A stretch of DNA of 64,000 bases from an uncultured Bacilli bacterium (GCA_934096645.1 CAKOMK010000002.1:119383-183382); one strand, 5' to 3'; positions 11,301 through 21,034 are shown, counted from the stretch's first letter. The notes: a model not told the origin generated them from the sequence alone. Numbers and translations are program-made.

Positions 11301-11694
11301 CTCTAACATTACTATCACTAGACTCACTTAAACTACTAACTCCTTTAAAATTAATAATATTTCTATTATTTCCATTTTTAGTCATTGTCCAATAACCATT
11401 AAGTTCATATAACCATGAACTTTCATTATTAGATTCTCTTTTAGACATTAAAAACTCTACTGAATTTAAAAGTCCTCCAGTCTTAAATCCGTCACTACTA
11501 GAATCAAAAACATTATATGATGAATTTAATCCATATAATGAACTATCATTAATTATATATTTTGAATAATCGCTTTCAAATCTATTCTCCATATAACTAT
11601 TAACTACATTTCTAGTATCATTAAAATTTTTAGCACTAACAAAACAAGGAATTGAAACTAATAATATAATAATAAATTTAATTTTATTTTTCAT
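8302..11694 (-). CDS. Large secreted glycine/cysteine-rich repeat protein (signal peptide, N-terminal domain, two Listeria-Bacteroides Flg_new-type repeats, three tandem ~230-aa Gly-rich modules)
   Basis: Signal peptide MKNKIKFIIILLVSIPCFVSA. Flg_new-like YTIKFDANGGTG / LTFDANGGED..GYFFEGWYT motifs. Three modules each start with DxFVVGGGGxNGGxGGY, hold conserved Cys pairs (CTERWDQAGCV, TCEF..G..YGCY) and end VIIRK/ILIIRNKR. Confidence 0.8.
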   Translation of the reverse strand: MKNKIKFIIILLVSIPCFVSAKNFNDTRNVVNSYMENRFESDYSKYIINDSSLYGLNSSYNVFDSSSDGFKTGGLLNSVEFLMSKRESNNESSWLYELNGYWTMTKNGNNRNIINFKGVSSLSESSDSNVRVTEYVRNGTRITGKGTYTNPWVISKNNLVKIVVNKHKDYDDLHNEIEIEPITTTSKNPQVVEFSKNAIFNLNVKSGYVINQKETIETCGCKIVDDVLTFENVTTDITCRILYNLKNIKLTFDANGGEDVSESYDLKYLDNYPVLPTTSRVGYFFEGWYTSKTEGIKIESNDVVLATADLVLYARWKPIEYTIKFDANGGTGSKISDIKVKYDKEVKLTKNKYAKPGFLFNNWNTKSDNTGKSYTDEQIIKNLSSTDGSVITLYAQYRSTVIDYDTISNSFMCANISRGSEPYVFTYTGDCEVLDNGYKNWKVRYLTSGDLTFNVDVNTDLFVVGGGGYNGGGGGYASTFKNIKMEAGVKKHIQIGAAGTSANHGGKSYYDNASVYYADGGTNGNGGTGSNNGGYKGSTTCSKGDPNQEWNDNWCVGGWVTTHGGNGNSYGVNQYSQSGKPWSGQSTCEFDNGTISGCYDGNSAAYAPGGGGCDANYLGMAYAGPGTNGTGLLGNNSGAGGNCFQNGYTGVVIMRSKIPRDIIVDGKVIATYSGNFDVSGDSSNWKITFKTDGDLKFVDTTKTDVFVVGGGGGNGGAGGYATTYSRQNFPKGVTYSIKIGRGGSIGSGGEQSYVKSNSVTYYANGGSAGHRGTGGSGGGYNYNNWECTERWDQAGCVSWGFVNYNGGGAAYGNNGNGTGQYYSNNGPWSGQVTCEFNEGSIYGCYSGDGYAYSGGGSGNGAGTAGGGGALNVAGTNGRGGGGGVNAPGGTGTVIIRKMKVNEIKVGNKVLGDYSGQFIIEGDQNNWKVKFITSGILYLYNNTYTDIFVVGGGGGNAGGGGYTNTYRAQTLAKDAAYTIRIGLGGANGNGEQTYMSGNNQNFAANGGSGGYAGNGGSGGGLTGRDWVCTERWDQAGCVDWGFSYYYYPGAAYGANANGAGQGRTTCEFGEGTTSYCYNGAAYAYSGGGSGNGAASAGGGGASGQAGTDNRGGGGGVNARGGSGILIIRNKR
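8305..10350 (-). repeat. Three tandem degenerate ~700-bp coding repeats (the Gly-rich modules) inside the 8302..11694 gene
   Basis: The protein-level triplication is directly visible. Boundaries are approximate. GGx codon periodicity creates spurious antisense ORFs. Confidence 0.75.
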
Positions 11695-11735
11695 ATCATC
11701 ACCTATTGTGAAAATTATATCATAAAGAAAAAAAT

Positions 11736-11764
11736 AATCAAAGACTAATCTTTGATTATTTCAC
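11736..11764 (-). terminator. Rho-independent terminator at the end of the MBL-fold gene / polC operon
   Basis: Minus-strand ATCAAAGA-tta-gTCTTTGAT hairpin followed by a U-run. Confidence 0.55.
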
Positions 11765-12494
11765 TTATTTTATCTTTGTATGCTAAATATATTGGAATCT
11801 CTGAATCAATTATTTGTCTATTTGTATTATATGCTAAATCATATGTATTATCATGGTCACTTATATGCATTAATATTATAGCTTTTGTATTTTCTCCTAC
11901 AAACTTTGATAAATAACTTGCACATTCTTCATTAGATAAGTGTCCTTCATCACCTATATTTCTAATTTTAGTCCACTCATCCTTACTACCATTCATTTCC
12001 ATTTCTACATCATGATTACTTTCAAGCAAATAATATGTTTTATTTAAAAGCCTATTATAATATTTATAATGTATCATACCAGTATCAGTCATATAAACTA
12101 TAGATACTTTATCATTTTCAAATACATATCCATATCCTTTTTTATCATGAGAAATAGGTATTTTAGTAAATCTTATTCCCATTATTTCACTTAAATTATC
12201 TACAAATTCATAATTTTTTATTAAATCTTTTTTGGCATATTCATTAAATGTTTCTTCACCAATATATATTTTAGTATTATAAACTCTATTAAATGAATGA
12301 ATACTTTTAACATGATCATTATGAGCATGTGTCACTATAATAAAGTCTAATTTATCAGGTTCTTCACCTATATCAAACAATTTATTTTTTATATCATTAA
12401 ATCCAAGTCCAGCATCAACTAGAAATCTTATTCCATCTAGTTCTATAAAAGTACAATTTCCACTACTGCTACTTGAAAGTACTACAATTTTCAT
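11745..12494 (-). CDS. MBL-fold metallo-hydrolase
   Basis: HxHxDH motif (VTHAHNDH). Start chosen at MKIVVL with a GAGGTG SD; the track ORF begins 21 nt upstream, at 12515. Lies immediately downstream of polC. Confidence 0.75.
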   Translation of the reverse strand: MKIVVLSSSSSGNCTFIELDGIRFLVDAGLGFNDIKNKLFDIGEEPDKLDFIIVTHAHNDHVKSIHSFNRVYNTKIYIGEETFNEYAKKDLIKNYEFVDNLSEIMGIRFTKIPISHDKKGYGYVFENDKVSIVYMTDTGMIHYKYYNRLLNKTYYLLESNHDVEMEMNGSKDEWTKIRNIGDEGHLSNEECASYLSKFVGENTKAIILMHISDHDNTYDLAYNTNRQIIDSEIPIYLAYKDKISEIIKD

Positions 12495-12498
12495 TCTA

Positions 12499-15400
12499 CT
12501 ACACCTCAAAATCAAACAAACTCAATTGAGAGCTTTCACTCATACCTTTAAATAATCCCATTGTTCTCATTTTATCTATTAGTGTTTGAGATACTTTGCA
12601 TCTATTTTGGAAATCTTCTACACTAATAAATGGTCTTTTACTAGCTTCTGCTTCAATATTTTTAGCAACAACTTCTCCAAGTCCATCTATTGTTATAAAT
12701 GGTGGTATTAATGTATTATCATCTTCTACAGTAAATATTGTTCCTTTAGACTTATATAAATCAAATGGAGCAACTTTTATTTTTCTAGCAGCCATTTCAA
12801 GAGCAACATTTAAACACTCTTGTACACCACTCTCTTTATTAGTAGCATCATATCCTTTATTTTTAATTTCAATTATTCTTTCTTTAATAGCATCATATCC
12901 TTTAATCATAGCTTCTATATCAAAATCAGTTGCTTTTGTTGAAAACCATGAAGCATAGAAATATGCAGGCATGTGTACTTTATACCACGCTATTCTAAAC
13001 GCACTTGTTACATATGCAGCAGCATGTGCTTTAGGGAACATGTATTTAATTTTTTGACAAGAATCAATAAACCACTCTTCAATACCAGCTTCTTCCATAG
13101 TTTCTCTATGTGTTTTCCACGTTTCTGGATCTTTACTAGCTTTTCCTTTACGAACAAATTCCATTATTTTAAATGCTTTAATTGGTTTAACACCATGATA
13201 CATTAAATAAACCATAATATCATCACGACATCCAATTACATCTTTAAATGGAACTCTAATATTTCCATCTTGATCAGGAGTACATAAATCTCTCGCATTA
13301 CCAAGCCATACATCAGTACCATGACTTAAACCAGATATTTTAACAAGTTCAGCAAATGTAGTTGGTTTAGTTTCAGCTACCATTCCAATAGTAAATGGAG
13401 TACCAAACTCAGGAATGCCAAGTGTACCAGTAGGACACATAATTTGTTCGTTAGTAACTCCTAAAACTTCAGTACTAGTAAATATACTCATAGTATCTTT
13501 ATCATCAAGTGGTACATCTAAAACATTAGTCTTACTTTGATCTTGTATTTGTCTTAATTGAGTTGGATCAGAGTGACCTAAAATATCAAGTTTTAATAAG
13601 TTATCTTCTAAAGAATGGTAATCAAAGTGAGTAGTTCTCCATGCAGAAGTTGGATCTTCAGCTGGAAATTGATAAGGCGTAAAGTCAGAAACAGTCATAT
13701 AATCTGGTACAACAACAATTCCACCAGGGTGTTGACCAGTAGTTCTTTTAACCCCTGTGCATCCTTTAGCAAGTCTTTCGATTTCACAACTTCTCTTATC
13801 AAATATACCTTTATCTTCAAAATAACCTTTAACAAATCCATACGCAGTCTTATCAGCAACAGTACCAATAGTTCCTGCCCTATAAACATTATCAACTCCA
13901 AACAATACTTTAGTATATTCATGAGCACTAGCTTGATTTAAATCAGAAAAGTTAAGATCAATATCTGGAACTTTATCAGCATTAAATCCTAAGAATGTTG
14001 CAAATGGCATATCTTGACCATCTTTTTTAAGTTTATGACCACACTTTGGACATAATTTATCTGGTAAGTCAAATCCACTTGAATATGTAGCACCTAACGC
14101 TTTACCTTCTTCATCTTCAAATATACTATGTTGACAATTCTCGCATCTATAATGAGCAGGAAGTGGATTAACTTCTGTAATACCCATCATAGTCGCAACA
14201 AAACTACTACCAACACTACCTCTCGAACCAACCAAATATCCATCATCATTAGAGTGTTTAACAAGTCTTTGAGCAATTAAGTATATTGGGTCAAATCCTC
14301 CACCAATAATACCTCCAAGAGTCTTTTTAACCTTTTTAGCCAGACTCTTTTCATCCATCTCACCATCTTCTTCACTATTCCAATTATCTTTTACATAACC
14401 ACTAATTATTTCTTTAACTTTATCAGCACCAGCTAATATAGTTTCATGTAAATGATCAAATGTTTGATTTTCTAAATCTTCATCACTGATATTAGGATTT
14501 TCATTCTTTAATTTTTGATTCCAATAAGTATAAATTATATCTCCATATAATTCTTTAGAAATTCTCTCTTCAATATTATGTGGAAGAGGATCTCCATACC
14601 AACTCTTAGCTTTATCATAAACCAAATCAGTAACCACTCTAGGACAATCTAAATAACTTTGACCATCATCAGCTTTAACTCTTGGACTAAATGGAATACC
14701 TTTTGTATCCATTATGACTTCAAAGAATTCAACCATATCACATATCTTATTAGTATTTTCTACTACTATTCTATATGCAGTCTCTGAATCTAAAAAGTCA
14801 AAATCACTAAGCATTTCATTAGTAGTTCTAAAATGTTGTGATGGTATATTTTTAATATCGCTTTTAGCAAGAGGATGTCTTCCTCCACCAGGAACTTTTT
14901 GATTAACAATTATTTCTCTATATATTTTATCCTCACGAGTAAAATGGTGTACATCTCCCGTCGCAACAATAATTTTTCCTGCACTTTCTACAGCTTCAAC
15001 TATTTTCTTAATATGATTTTTAAGCTCAAATATATTTCCAAAATCTCCAGTTTGAAGTAAATGATCATACACTTCTGGTGGTTGAACTTCTACATAATCA
15101 TAGAAATTAATTATATTAGTTAATTCTTCTCCATCTTTATTTCTAGCTTCAATAAATACTTCAGACTCATAACAACCACTACCAATTAATATGCCTTCTC
15201 TAAGTTCATTTAATTTACTTCTTAATATTCTTGGAGTTTTATATAAATATGTAGTATTGGCAAGAGAAATAATTTTAAATAAGTTTTTAAGCCCAGTTCT
15301 ATTTAAAGCAATAGCATTAAAATGATATGTTCTACCAAACTTATGTATTTCTTCTTTACTAATAAGTCTTTCCAAATCACTTATTTTTTCATAATTAAGA

Positions 15401-17121
15401 CCATCTAATTTTTTAAGCATTTTATCAAATACAAGAGCAGTTCCTTCAGCATCATAATCAGCTCTATGGTGACTTTCTTCATCAAATGGAACATTATATC
15501 TTTTAACTAATGCAGACAAACTATGTCTTGCAAAGCCTTGATCAATAGCTCTTGATAGTTCTAATGTATCAATTACAGTGTTAGTTAATTCTTCTAAACC
15601 ATATTTCTTAATAGACATTTCTAAAAAGTTAATATCAAATTTAGCATTATGAGCTACTAACGGATCATTACCTATCCAACTTAAAAATCTCTTAGTGACA
15701 TTCTCTTCACTATCACAATCTTTAACCATTTCATCACTAATTTCAGTTAATTCAGTTATTCTATCAGGAATATGTCTAAAAGGATTAATTAATTCATCAA
15801 ATCTATCTATTATTACTCCTTCTTTAATTTTAACTGCTCCAATTTCAATCATTTGATCTCCAGCCGCAGCATTAAAACCAGTTGTTTCTGTATCAAATAC
15901 AACATATTCACTTGATATTAATGATTCATCTGTTGGTCTAATAACTATATTAACCATATCTTCTACAAGAGTTAATTCTGTTCCAAATAAACCTTTAAAT
16001 TTCTTACTTGGATCTTCTTGTTTTTTATTGTATCCATTTATTATTTGATATGCTATTGGAAATGCTTGACAACCATTATGATCAGTTATAGCTACTCCTT
16101 TATATCCCATATCAATACACTTACTTACTAATTCACAAGTATGTTTTCCTAAATCAAGTTTAGTAATTCCATCCATTTGACTCATCATAGTATGAGCGTG
16201 TAATTCTACTCTCTTAACAGGAGCATCATCAACCATTTGAATTTCTTTTCTATCAAAAACTTCAACATCATTAATACCATACTCATAATCATTACTTCTT
16301 GTATTAAATTTAACACTACCTCTAAACTTATACCATTTTCCCTCTTTAACATTAGAAAGCAAATAATTAAACTCGTCTACTTCTTTAGTAAATAAATTAG
16401 ACATAATACTATCAGTATAATCAGTAATCTTAAGAGTAATAATATACCAGCCACTTTGAGTACTCTTAGATTCAACGCCAAATACTTTACCAACAATAAC
16501 AACATTATTTTGATTAGTAACAAGATTCTTAATCTGAGAAACTTCAGTAGCAACTATACTCTTTCCTTTAATAACTTTTTTAGTTTCGGTTTTAACTTCT
16601 TCTTTCTTAGTTTCAACTAATAACTCTTGTTTAAATTTCTCACGCTCAACTTCATCTATAACAGCATTAACATCAACATTTTCAAATCCCATATCAGTCA
16701 TAAATATAATAATTTTTTCTTTTAAAGATTTAATTTTATTAGCTTCAGCACTATTCAAAACAGAAATATTAATAATATTATCACAAAATGTTATTTTATT
16801 TCTATCAATACATTCAAGCATTGGACATTTCTTAACTAAAATATCAAAATAATAATTAAAATAATCACCAAAAAAAGATTCACTACCATTAATAGTAAAT
16901 TTATATCTAACAGAAGAAGCTCCATCTAAATTAAGTCCTTTAACACATAATTCATTAAATACATTTATTGGTACTTCTGTATCTAAATTGATTAATAAAG
17001 TCATTCTATTTAGCTCTTTATTAAGTCTAACATCCATTACTTTAGCATTAGTAAAGTACTCCTCATAATCTTTATTAAAATCAATCGCATTAAAAAATCT
17101 TTCAAGTTTATTATCTTTCAT
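12499..17121 (-). CDS. polC: DNA polymerase III alpha subunit, Gram-positive PolC type with an internal 3'-5' exonuclease domain
   Basis: Exonuclease motif VVFDTETTG inside a PHP domain, Zn-finger CxxC pairs and a polymerase core. The track start is a TTG at 17139; the ATG at 17121 (MKDNKLERFF) has a GGTGA SD. Confidence 0.95.
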   Translation of the reverse strand: MKDNKLERFFNAIDFNKDYEEYFTNAKVMDVRLNKELNRMTLLINLDTEVPINVFNELCVKGLNLDGASSVRYKFTINGSESFFGDYFNYYFDILVKKCPMLECIDRNKITFCDNIINISVLNSAEANKIKSLKEKIIIFMTDMGFENVDVNAVIDEVEREKFKQELLVETKKEEVKTETKKVIKGKSIVATEVSQIKNLVTNQNNVVIVGKVFGVESKSTQSGWYIITLKITDYTDSIMSNLFTKEVDEFNYLLSNVKEGKWYKFRGSVKFNTRSNDYEYGINDVEVFDRKEIQMVDDAPVKRVELHAHTMMSQMDGITKLDLGKHTCELVSKCIDMGYKGVAITDHNGCQAFPIAYQIINGYNKKQEDPSKKFKGLFGTELTLVEDMVNIVIRPTDESLISSEYVVFDTETTGFNAAAGDQMIEIGAVKIKEGVIIDRFDELINPFRHIPDRITELTEISDEMVKDCDSEENVTKRFLSWIGNDPLVAHNAKFDINFLEMSIKKYGLEELTNTVIDTLELSRAIDQGFARHSLSALVKRYNVPFDEESHHRADYDAEGTALVFDKMLKKLDGLNYEKISDLERLISKEEIHKFGRTYHFNAIALNRTGLKNLFKIISLANTTYLYKTPRILRSKLNELREGILIGSGCYESEVFIEARNKDGEELTNIINFYDYVEVQPPEVYDHLLQTGDFGNIFELKNHIKKIVEAVESAGKIIVATGDVHHFTREDKIYREIIVNQKVPGGGRHPLAKSDIKNIPSQHFRTTNEMLSDFDFLDSETAYRIVVENTNKICDMVEFFEVIMDTKGIPFSPRVKADDGQSYLDCPRVVTDLVYDKAKSWYGDPLPHNIEERISKELYGDIIYTYWNQKLKNENPNISDEDLENQTFDHLHETILAGADKVKEIISGYVKDNWNSEEDGEMDEKSLAKKVKKTLGGIIGGGFDPIYLIAQRLVKHSNDDGYLVGSRGSVGSSFVATMMGITEVNPLPAHYRCENCQHSIFEDEEGKALGATYSSGFDLPDKLCPKCGHKLKKDGQDMPFATFLGFNADKVPDIDLNFSDLNQASAHEYTKVLFGVDNVYRAGTIGTVADKTAYGFVKGYFEDKGIFDKRSCEIERLAKGCTGVKRTTGQHPGGIVVVPDYMTVSDFTPYQFPAEDPTSAWRTTHFDYHSLEDNLLKLDILGHSDPTQLRQIQDQSKTNVLDVPLDDKDTMSIFTSTEVLGVTNEQIMCPTGTLGIPEFGTPFTIGMVAETKPTTFAELVKISGLSHGTDVWLGNARDLCTPDQDGNIRVPFKDVIGCRDDIMVYLMYHGVKPIKAFKIMEFVRKGKASKDPETWKTHRETMEEAGIEEWFIDSCQKIKYMFPKAHAAAYVTSAFRIAWYKVHMPAYFYASWFSTKATDFDIEAMIKGYDAIKERIIEIKNKGYDATNKESGVQECLNVALEMAARKIKVAPFDLYKSKGTIFTVEDDNTLIPPFITIDGLGEVVAKNIEAEASKRPFISVEDFQNRCKVSQTLIDKMRTMGLFKGMSESSQLSLFDFEV

Positions 17122-17175
17122 TACTTCACCATAAATCAATTATACAAGCATTGAAAAAATATATCAAGAAATTAT

Positions 17176-17523
17176 TTATTTTATTTTTTCTTTCATTTTA
17201 TCATATTGATAATACATCTTTTGAACGGAGTTTTCCAAAAAATAATAATGAAAAATATAAAAAATAAGCACTATCATCATAAGTAAAAAAGCATATACAA
17301 ATAATGAGTTTAATAGAGTTAATATTAAAAATAATATAGCAAACATTCCACTAAACATAGTCACTATTAAATGAACTATTCTTTCATGAGAGAAAAAGTT
17401 AATTTTATTTAAATGGTTTTCAATATCATCAATAGTTATTTTTTTAATTAATAACTTATCTGTTTCTTCTAAATATTTAGTTATATATTTTTTCATAATC
17501 TTCACCTGTAAATATAATATCAA
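17176..17523 (-). CDS. Small hypothetical membrane protein (two TM helices)
   Basis: 115-aa ORF with a central hydrophobic stretch. Divergent from the 17586 gene. Confidence 0.45.
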   Translation of the reverse strand: MILYLQVKIMKKYITKYLEETDKLLIKKITIDDIENHLNKINFFSHERIVHLIVTMFSGMFAILFLILTLLNSLFVYAFLLMMIVLIFYIFHYYFLENSVQKMYYQYDKMKEKIK

Positions 17524-17585
17524 AAATATAGTTAAAATTATAGTTAAAAAATGTATATTTTGTTATAATAATTTTGGTGAATGAA

Positions 17586-18902
17586 ATGATTTTAAGTTTA
17601 TGTACAGACGGAAATGTCTTAAAAATAATAAGGTACATTAAAATAATAATTAATACTATATTTATAATCGTACCTATTCTACTTCTTGTTACTGCTTCAA
17701 TTAGTTATTTAAAAGCTATATCTAATGGTGATAATGACTCTTTAGCTAAAACAAATAAAGCTATGATATCAAAATGTATTGCAGCTGTAATAATATTCTT
17801 TATTCCACTAATTACTAAAATGATAGTTAAACTTGCTAGCACTGATGAAAATGACTATATAAGCTGTATAGAAAATGCTACTCCTGATGGAATAAGTAAT
17901 GCATATGTAATTAATGCAAATGATGCAGTTAGTAAAGTTAAAAAAAGTTATAATATTAATGATTATAATACTGCTAAAGAAGCACTTAGAAATGTAGAAG
18001 ATGAATTAGAAAAAAGAGCTTTAACTGAAGAATTAGAAAAAGCTAAAAAAATAATAGATTTAAAACAAAATATTAATAAATTAAAGACAAGTTATTCAGA
18101 AGAAAAATATAATGAATATTTAAATAATGTAAATAATTTAGAAGCAAGTGATATTAAAAATGAATTATTAAAATTATTAAATGATATTAATGAAAATAAA
18201 AATGTATCATTAAATGTAGAAAGTGGTTTTAAAGAATTTAATGGTATTGGATCAGTTGGAAAATATACTTTATATACACCAACTAATGCAAAGGAAAATA
18301 TGCCTCTAATAATAGTTATGCCTGCCAAATATGATGAATACAATACAGCAGTAAATGTCATAAAAGGTATAAAAAAAGATATAAATGATACTTTTATAGC
18401 TATTGTTAAACCAAATGGTAACTATAGTAATACAGTATATAAAGATATAGTAAACGTTTCAAATTCACTAGTAGATAAATATAAAATTAATAATAAAAGA
18501 ATAAGTGTTACTGGATTTAGTTCTAGTGGTAGTTATGTATTTAATTTAGTAGTTAATAATCAAAATTATTTCTCTGCTATCCTAGCATTAAGTTCAGGAC
18601 TTAGTACAGATAGTCCAACTATTCAAAATAACTTATCTTATTTAAAAAGTTTACCAATTAAAGGTTATGGAGAAAATGGTGGACAATATGATGCTAATGG
18701 TAAAAAATGTAGTGGATACACAACTTGGTCTCCATCAACTATCATGACTGGTACATTTAAAACTTTAGGTAAAGAAAATAATTTCACTAACCTAGGAAAA
18801 ATGTGTCATTCAGAAGTTAGAAATTATGTATTTAATTTAGATAATAACAATAATAATAAACCCGACGTAATCGAATGGATGATTAGTCAAAAAAGGGGGT
18901 AA
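17586..18902 (+). CDS. Membrane-anchored (two N-terminal TM helices) coiled-coil protein with a C-terminal alpha/beta-hydrolase (serine esterase-like) domain
   Basis: GGTGA SD before the ATG at 17586. TM segments IFIIVPILLLVTASISYL and CIAAVIIFFIPLI. Nucleophile elbow GFSSSG (GxSxG) in the C-terminal domain. Confidence 0.65.
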   Translation: MILSLCTDGNVLKIIRYIKIIINTIFIIVPILLLVTASISYLKAISNGDNDSLAKTNKAMISKCIAAVIIFFIPLITKMIVKLASTDENDYISCIENATPDGISNAYVINANDAVSKVKKSYNINDYNTAKEALRNVEDELEKRALTEELEKAKKIIDLKQNINKLKTSYSEEKYNEYLNNVNNLEASDIKNELLKLLNDINENKNVSLNVESGFKEFNGIGSVGKYTLYTPTNAKENMPLIIVMPAKYDEYNTAVNVIKGIKKDINDTFIAIVKPNGNYSNTVYKDIVNVSNSLVDKYKINNKRISVTGFSSSGSYVFNLVVNNQNYFSAILALSSGLSTDSPTIQNNLSYLKSLPIKGYGENGGQYDANGKKCSGYTTWSPSTIMTGTFKTLGKENNFTNLGKMCHSEVRNYVFNLDNNNNNKPDVIEWMISQKRG

Positions 18903-18907
18903 AATAA

Positions 18908-19525
18908 ATGATATTAAGTTTATGTTCAGATGCAAATGTATTAAAAATATTAAGATATATTAAAATAATAATTAATACTATATTTATAATCGTACCTATT
19001 CTACTTCTTGTTACTGCTTCAATTAGTTATTTAAAAGCAATATCAAATGCAGATAAAGATGGAATAGCTAAAACAAATAAAGCAATGATATCAAAATGTA
19101 TCGCAGCTGTAATTATATTCTTTATTCCACTAATTACTAAAATGATAGTTAAACTTGCTAGTACTGATGAAAACGATTATATTAGTTGCATAGAAAATGC
19201 TACTCCTGAAGGAATAAGTAATGCATACGTTAAAAATGCAAATGATACAGTTAAGAAAGTAAAAACAAGTTATGATATAAATGACTATAATAAAGCAAAA
19301 GATACTATTGGAAATATAGATGATGAATTAGAAAAAAGAGCTTTAACAAAAGAACTAGAAGATGCTAAAGTAATAATAGATTTAAAACAAAATATTAATG
19401 ATTTAAAAACTAATTATTCAGAAGAAAAATATAACAAGTATTTAAATGAAGTAAATAATTTAGATGCAAGTGATATCAAAACAGAATTATTAAATACTCT
19501 TTATAACATAAAGAATTCAAAATAA
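18908..19525 (+). CDS. Truncated paralogue of the 17586 gene (TM + coiled-coil part only, no hydrolase domain)
   Basis: GGGGG SD. 205 aa, ending right after the region homologous to the paralogue's coiled coil. Confidence 0.6.
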   Translation: MILSLCSDANVLKILRYIKIIINTIFIIVPILLLVTASISYLKAISNADKDGIAKTNKAMISKCIAAVIIFFIPLITKMIVKLASTDENDYISCIENATPEGISNAYVKNANDTVKKVKTSYDINDYNKAKDTIGNIDDELEKRALTKELEDAKVIIDLKQNINDLKTNYSEEKYNKYLNEVNNLDASDIKTELLNTLYNIKNSK

Positions 19526-19547
19526 AAAACGCATTAGCGTTTTTTTA
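19524..19547. terminator. Bidirectional rho-independent terminator between the convergent 18908 gene and lysS
   Basis: AAAAAACGC-atta-GCGTTTTTTT. Confidence 0.7.
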
Positions 19548-19548
19548 T

Positions 19549-21021
19549 TTAGTTAATATTTTTCATTTGTGGGAATAGAACTACATCTCTAATAGATGGT
19601 TGATTAAACATAATCATCATTAGTCTATCAATTCCAAATCCTAAACCAGATATTGGAGGCATTCCAGTTTCCATAGCTCCTAAGAATCCTTCATCCATAT
19701 CCATAGTTTCATCATCACCTTGAGCTTTAGCTTTTAATTGATCTTCAAAAGCTTCTCTTTGAGTAATTGGATTAACAAGTTCAGAGAATGCTTTACATAA
19801 TTCTGTACCTGCAGCAACTACTTGGAACATATCTACTCTTCTACTATCTTCATCATTTCTACGAGCAAGTGGAATTAACACAGCAGGATAATTATAAATA
19901 ATAGTAGGTTCATAAATATCAGCTCTAATTTTCTTCTTATAAACAAAATCAATAATTTGACTTAAAGACTTATAATCATTCAATTCTTCATAACTAAATA
20001 GTCCTTTATCAACTATAACTTTCTTTAATTCTTCTGGTTCTTCAATACTTAAGAAATCACAACCAAGAATTTCTTTCATAGTAGTAGCATAATCAATTCT
20101 AGACCATTTTTCTTTTCCAAAATCTAATGTTTTACCTTGATATTCAATAGTAGTAGTACCAACTATTTCAGTAAGTAAATTCTTAATAAAGTTCTTATAG
20201 AATACAATTGTATCTTCAAAATTCCAATAAGCCACATACCATTCAACTTGAGTAAATTCTTGTAAATGTTCTGTATCCATACCTTCATTTCTAAAACATT
20301 TAGCTAATTCATAAACTCTATCAAATCCACCAGCAATACATTGTTTTAAATATGTTTCTGGAGCAATTCTTAAATTACAATCCATATCAAGAGCATTATG
20401 ATGAGTATAAAATGGTTTAGCACTAGCTCCACTAACAGCATTTTGTAATATTGGAGTTTCAACTTCTAAAAAACCATTTTCGCCTAAATATCTATGAATA
20501 AAAGCATATAATTTACTTCTTCCTAAAAATACACGTCTACTCTCTTCATTAATAATTAAATCAGTTGGTCTATTTCTATATTTAAGTTCAATATCAGTTA
20601 ATCCATGAAATTTCTCTGGAAGTGGTTTTAAAGCTTTTCCTAAAAATTCAAAACTATGTACTCTTAAAGTCTTTTCACCAGTTTGAGTAGTAAATATTTC
20701 TCCTCTAGCACCAATAAAATCTCCAGTATCAATTAGTTTCTTAAAGAATGCATATCTTTCTTCACCAACAATATCAATTTTAATTTCTAACTGCATATCT
20801 GCTTCCAAATCACGGATTCTAACAAAACTTAATTTACCCATCTTTCTCATAAATATAATTCTACCAGCTATATTTACATCAGTTGTGCCATCTTCTAAAT
20901 TTCTTGCTTCTTTTAAAGTATGAGTTCTATCAAATCTGTCTGGATAAGGATTACAATAATTTCTTATTTCTTCTAACTTATCTCTTCTTACTTGTTCTTG
21001 TTCGCTTAATTGTCTTTCCAT
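19549..21021 (-). CDS. lysS: Lysyl-tRNA synthetase, class II
   Basis: N-terminal OB/anticodon-binding domain. Class II motifs (FRNEGMDTEHLQEFT, GGFGIGIDRLMM-like C-terminus). Confidence 0.93.
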   Translation of the reverse strand: MERQLSEQEQVRRDKLEEIRNYCNPYPDRFDRTHTLKEARNLEDGTTDVNIAGRIIFMRKMGKLSFVRIRDLEADMQLEIKIDIVGEERYAFFKKLIDTGDFIGARGEIFTTQTGEKTLRVHSFEFLGKALKPLPEKFHGLTDIELKYRNRPTDLIINEESRRVFLGRSKLYAFIHRYLGENGFLEVETPILQNAVSGASAKPFYTHHNALDMDCNLRIAPETYLKQCIAGGFDRVYELAKCFRNEGMDTEHLQEFTQVEWYVAYWNFEDTIVFYKNFIKNLLTEIVGTTTIEYQGKTLDFGKEKWSRIDYATTMKEILGCDFLSIEEPEELKKVIVDKGLFSYEELNDYKSLSQIIDFVYKKKIRADIYEPTIIYNYPAVLIPLARRNDEDSRRVDMFQVVAAGTELCKAFSELVNPITQREAFEDQLKAKAQGDDETMDMDEGFLGAMETGMPPISGLGFGIDRLMMIMFNQPSIRDVVLFPQMKNIN

Positions 21022-21034
21022 CTTTTCTTCTCCT

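Larger units (their letters stand above)
17586..19525 (+). repeat. Tandem gene duplication: about 600 bp of 17586-18180 repeats at 18908-19510
   Basis: The first ~195 aa of the two ORFs are near-identical (MILSLCTDGNVLKIIRYIKIIINTIFIIVPILLLVTASISYLKAISN…). Confidence 0.8.

Noticed and set aside
12596-15060. Plus-strand ORFs inside polC (12596..12958, 12973..13206, 13615..13941, 14714..14902, 14875..15060) and the antisense ORF 13695..13928
   Set aside because: They are embedded in a highly conserved polC reading frame and have no SD and implausible composition.
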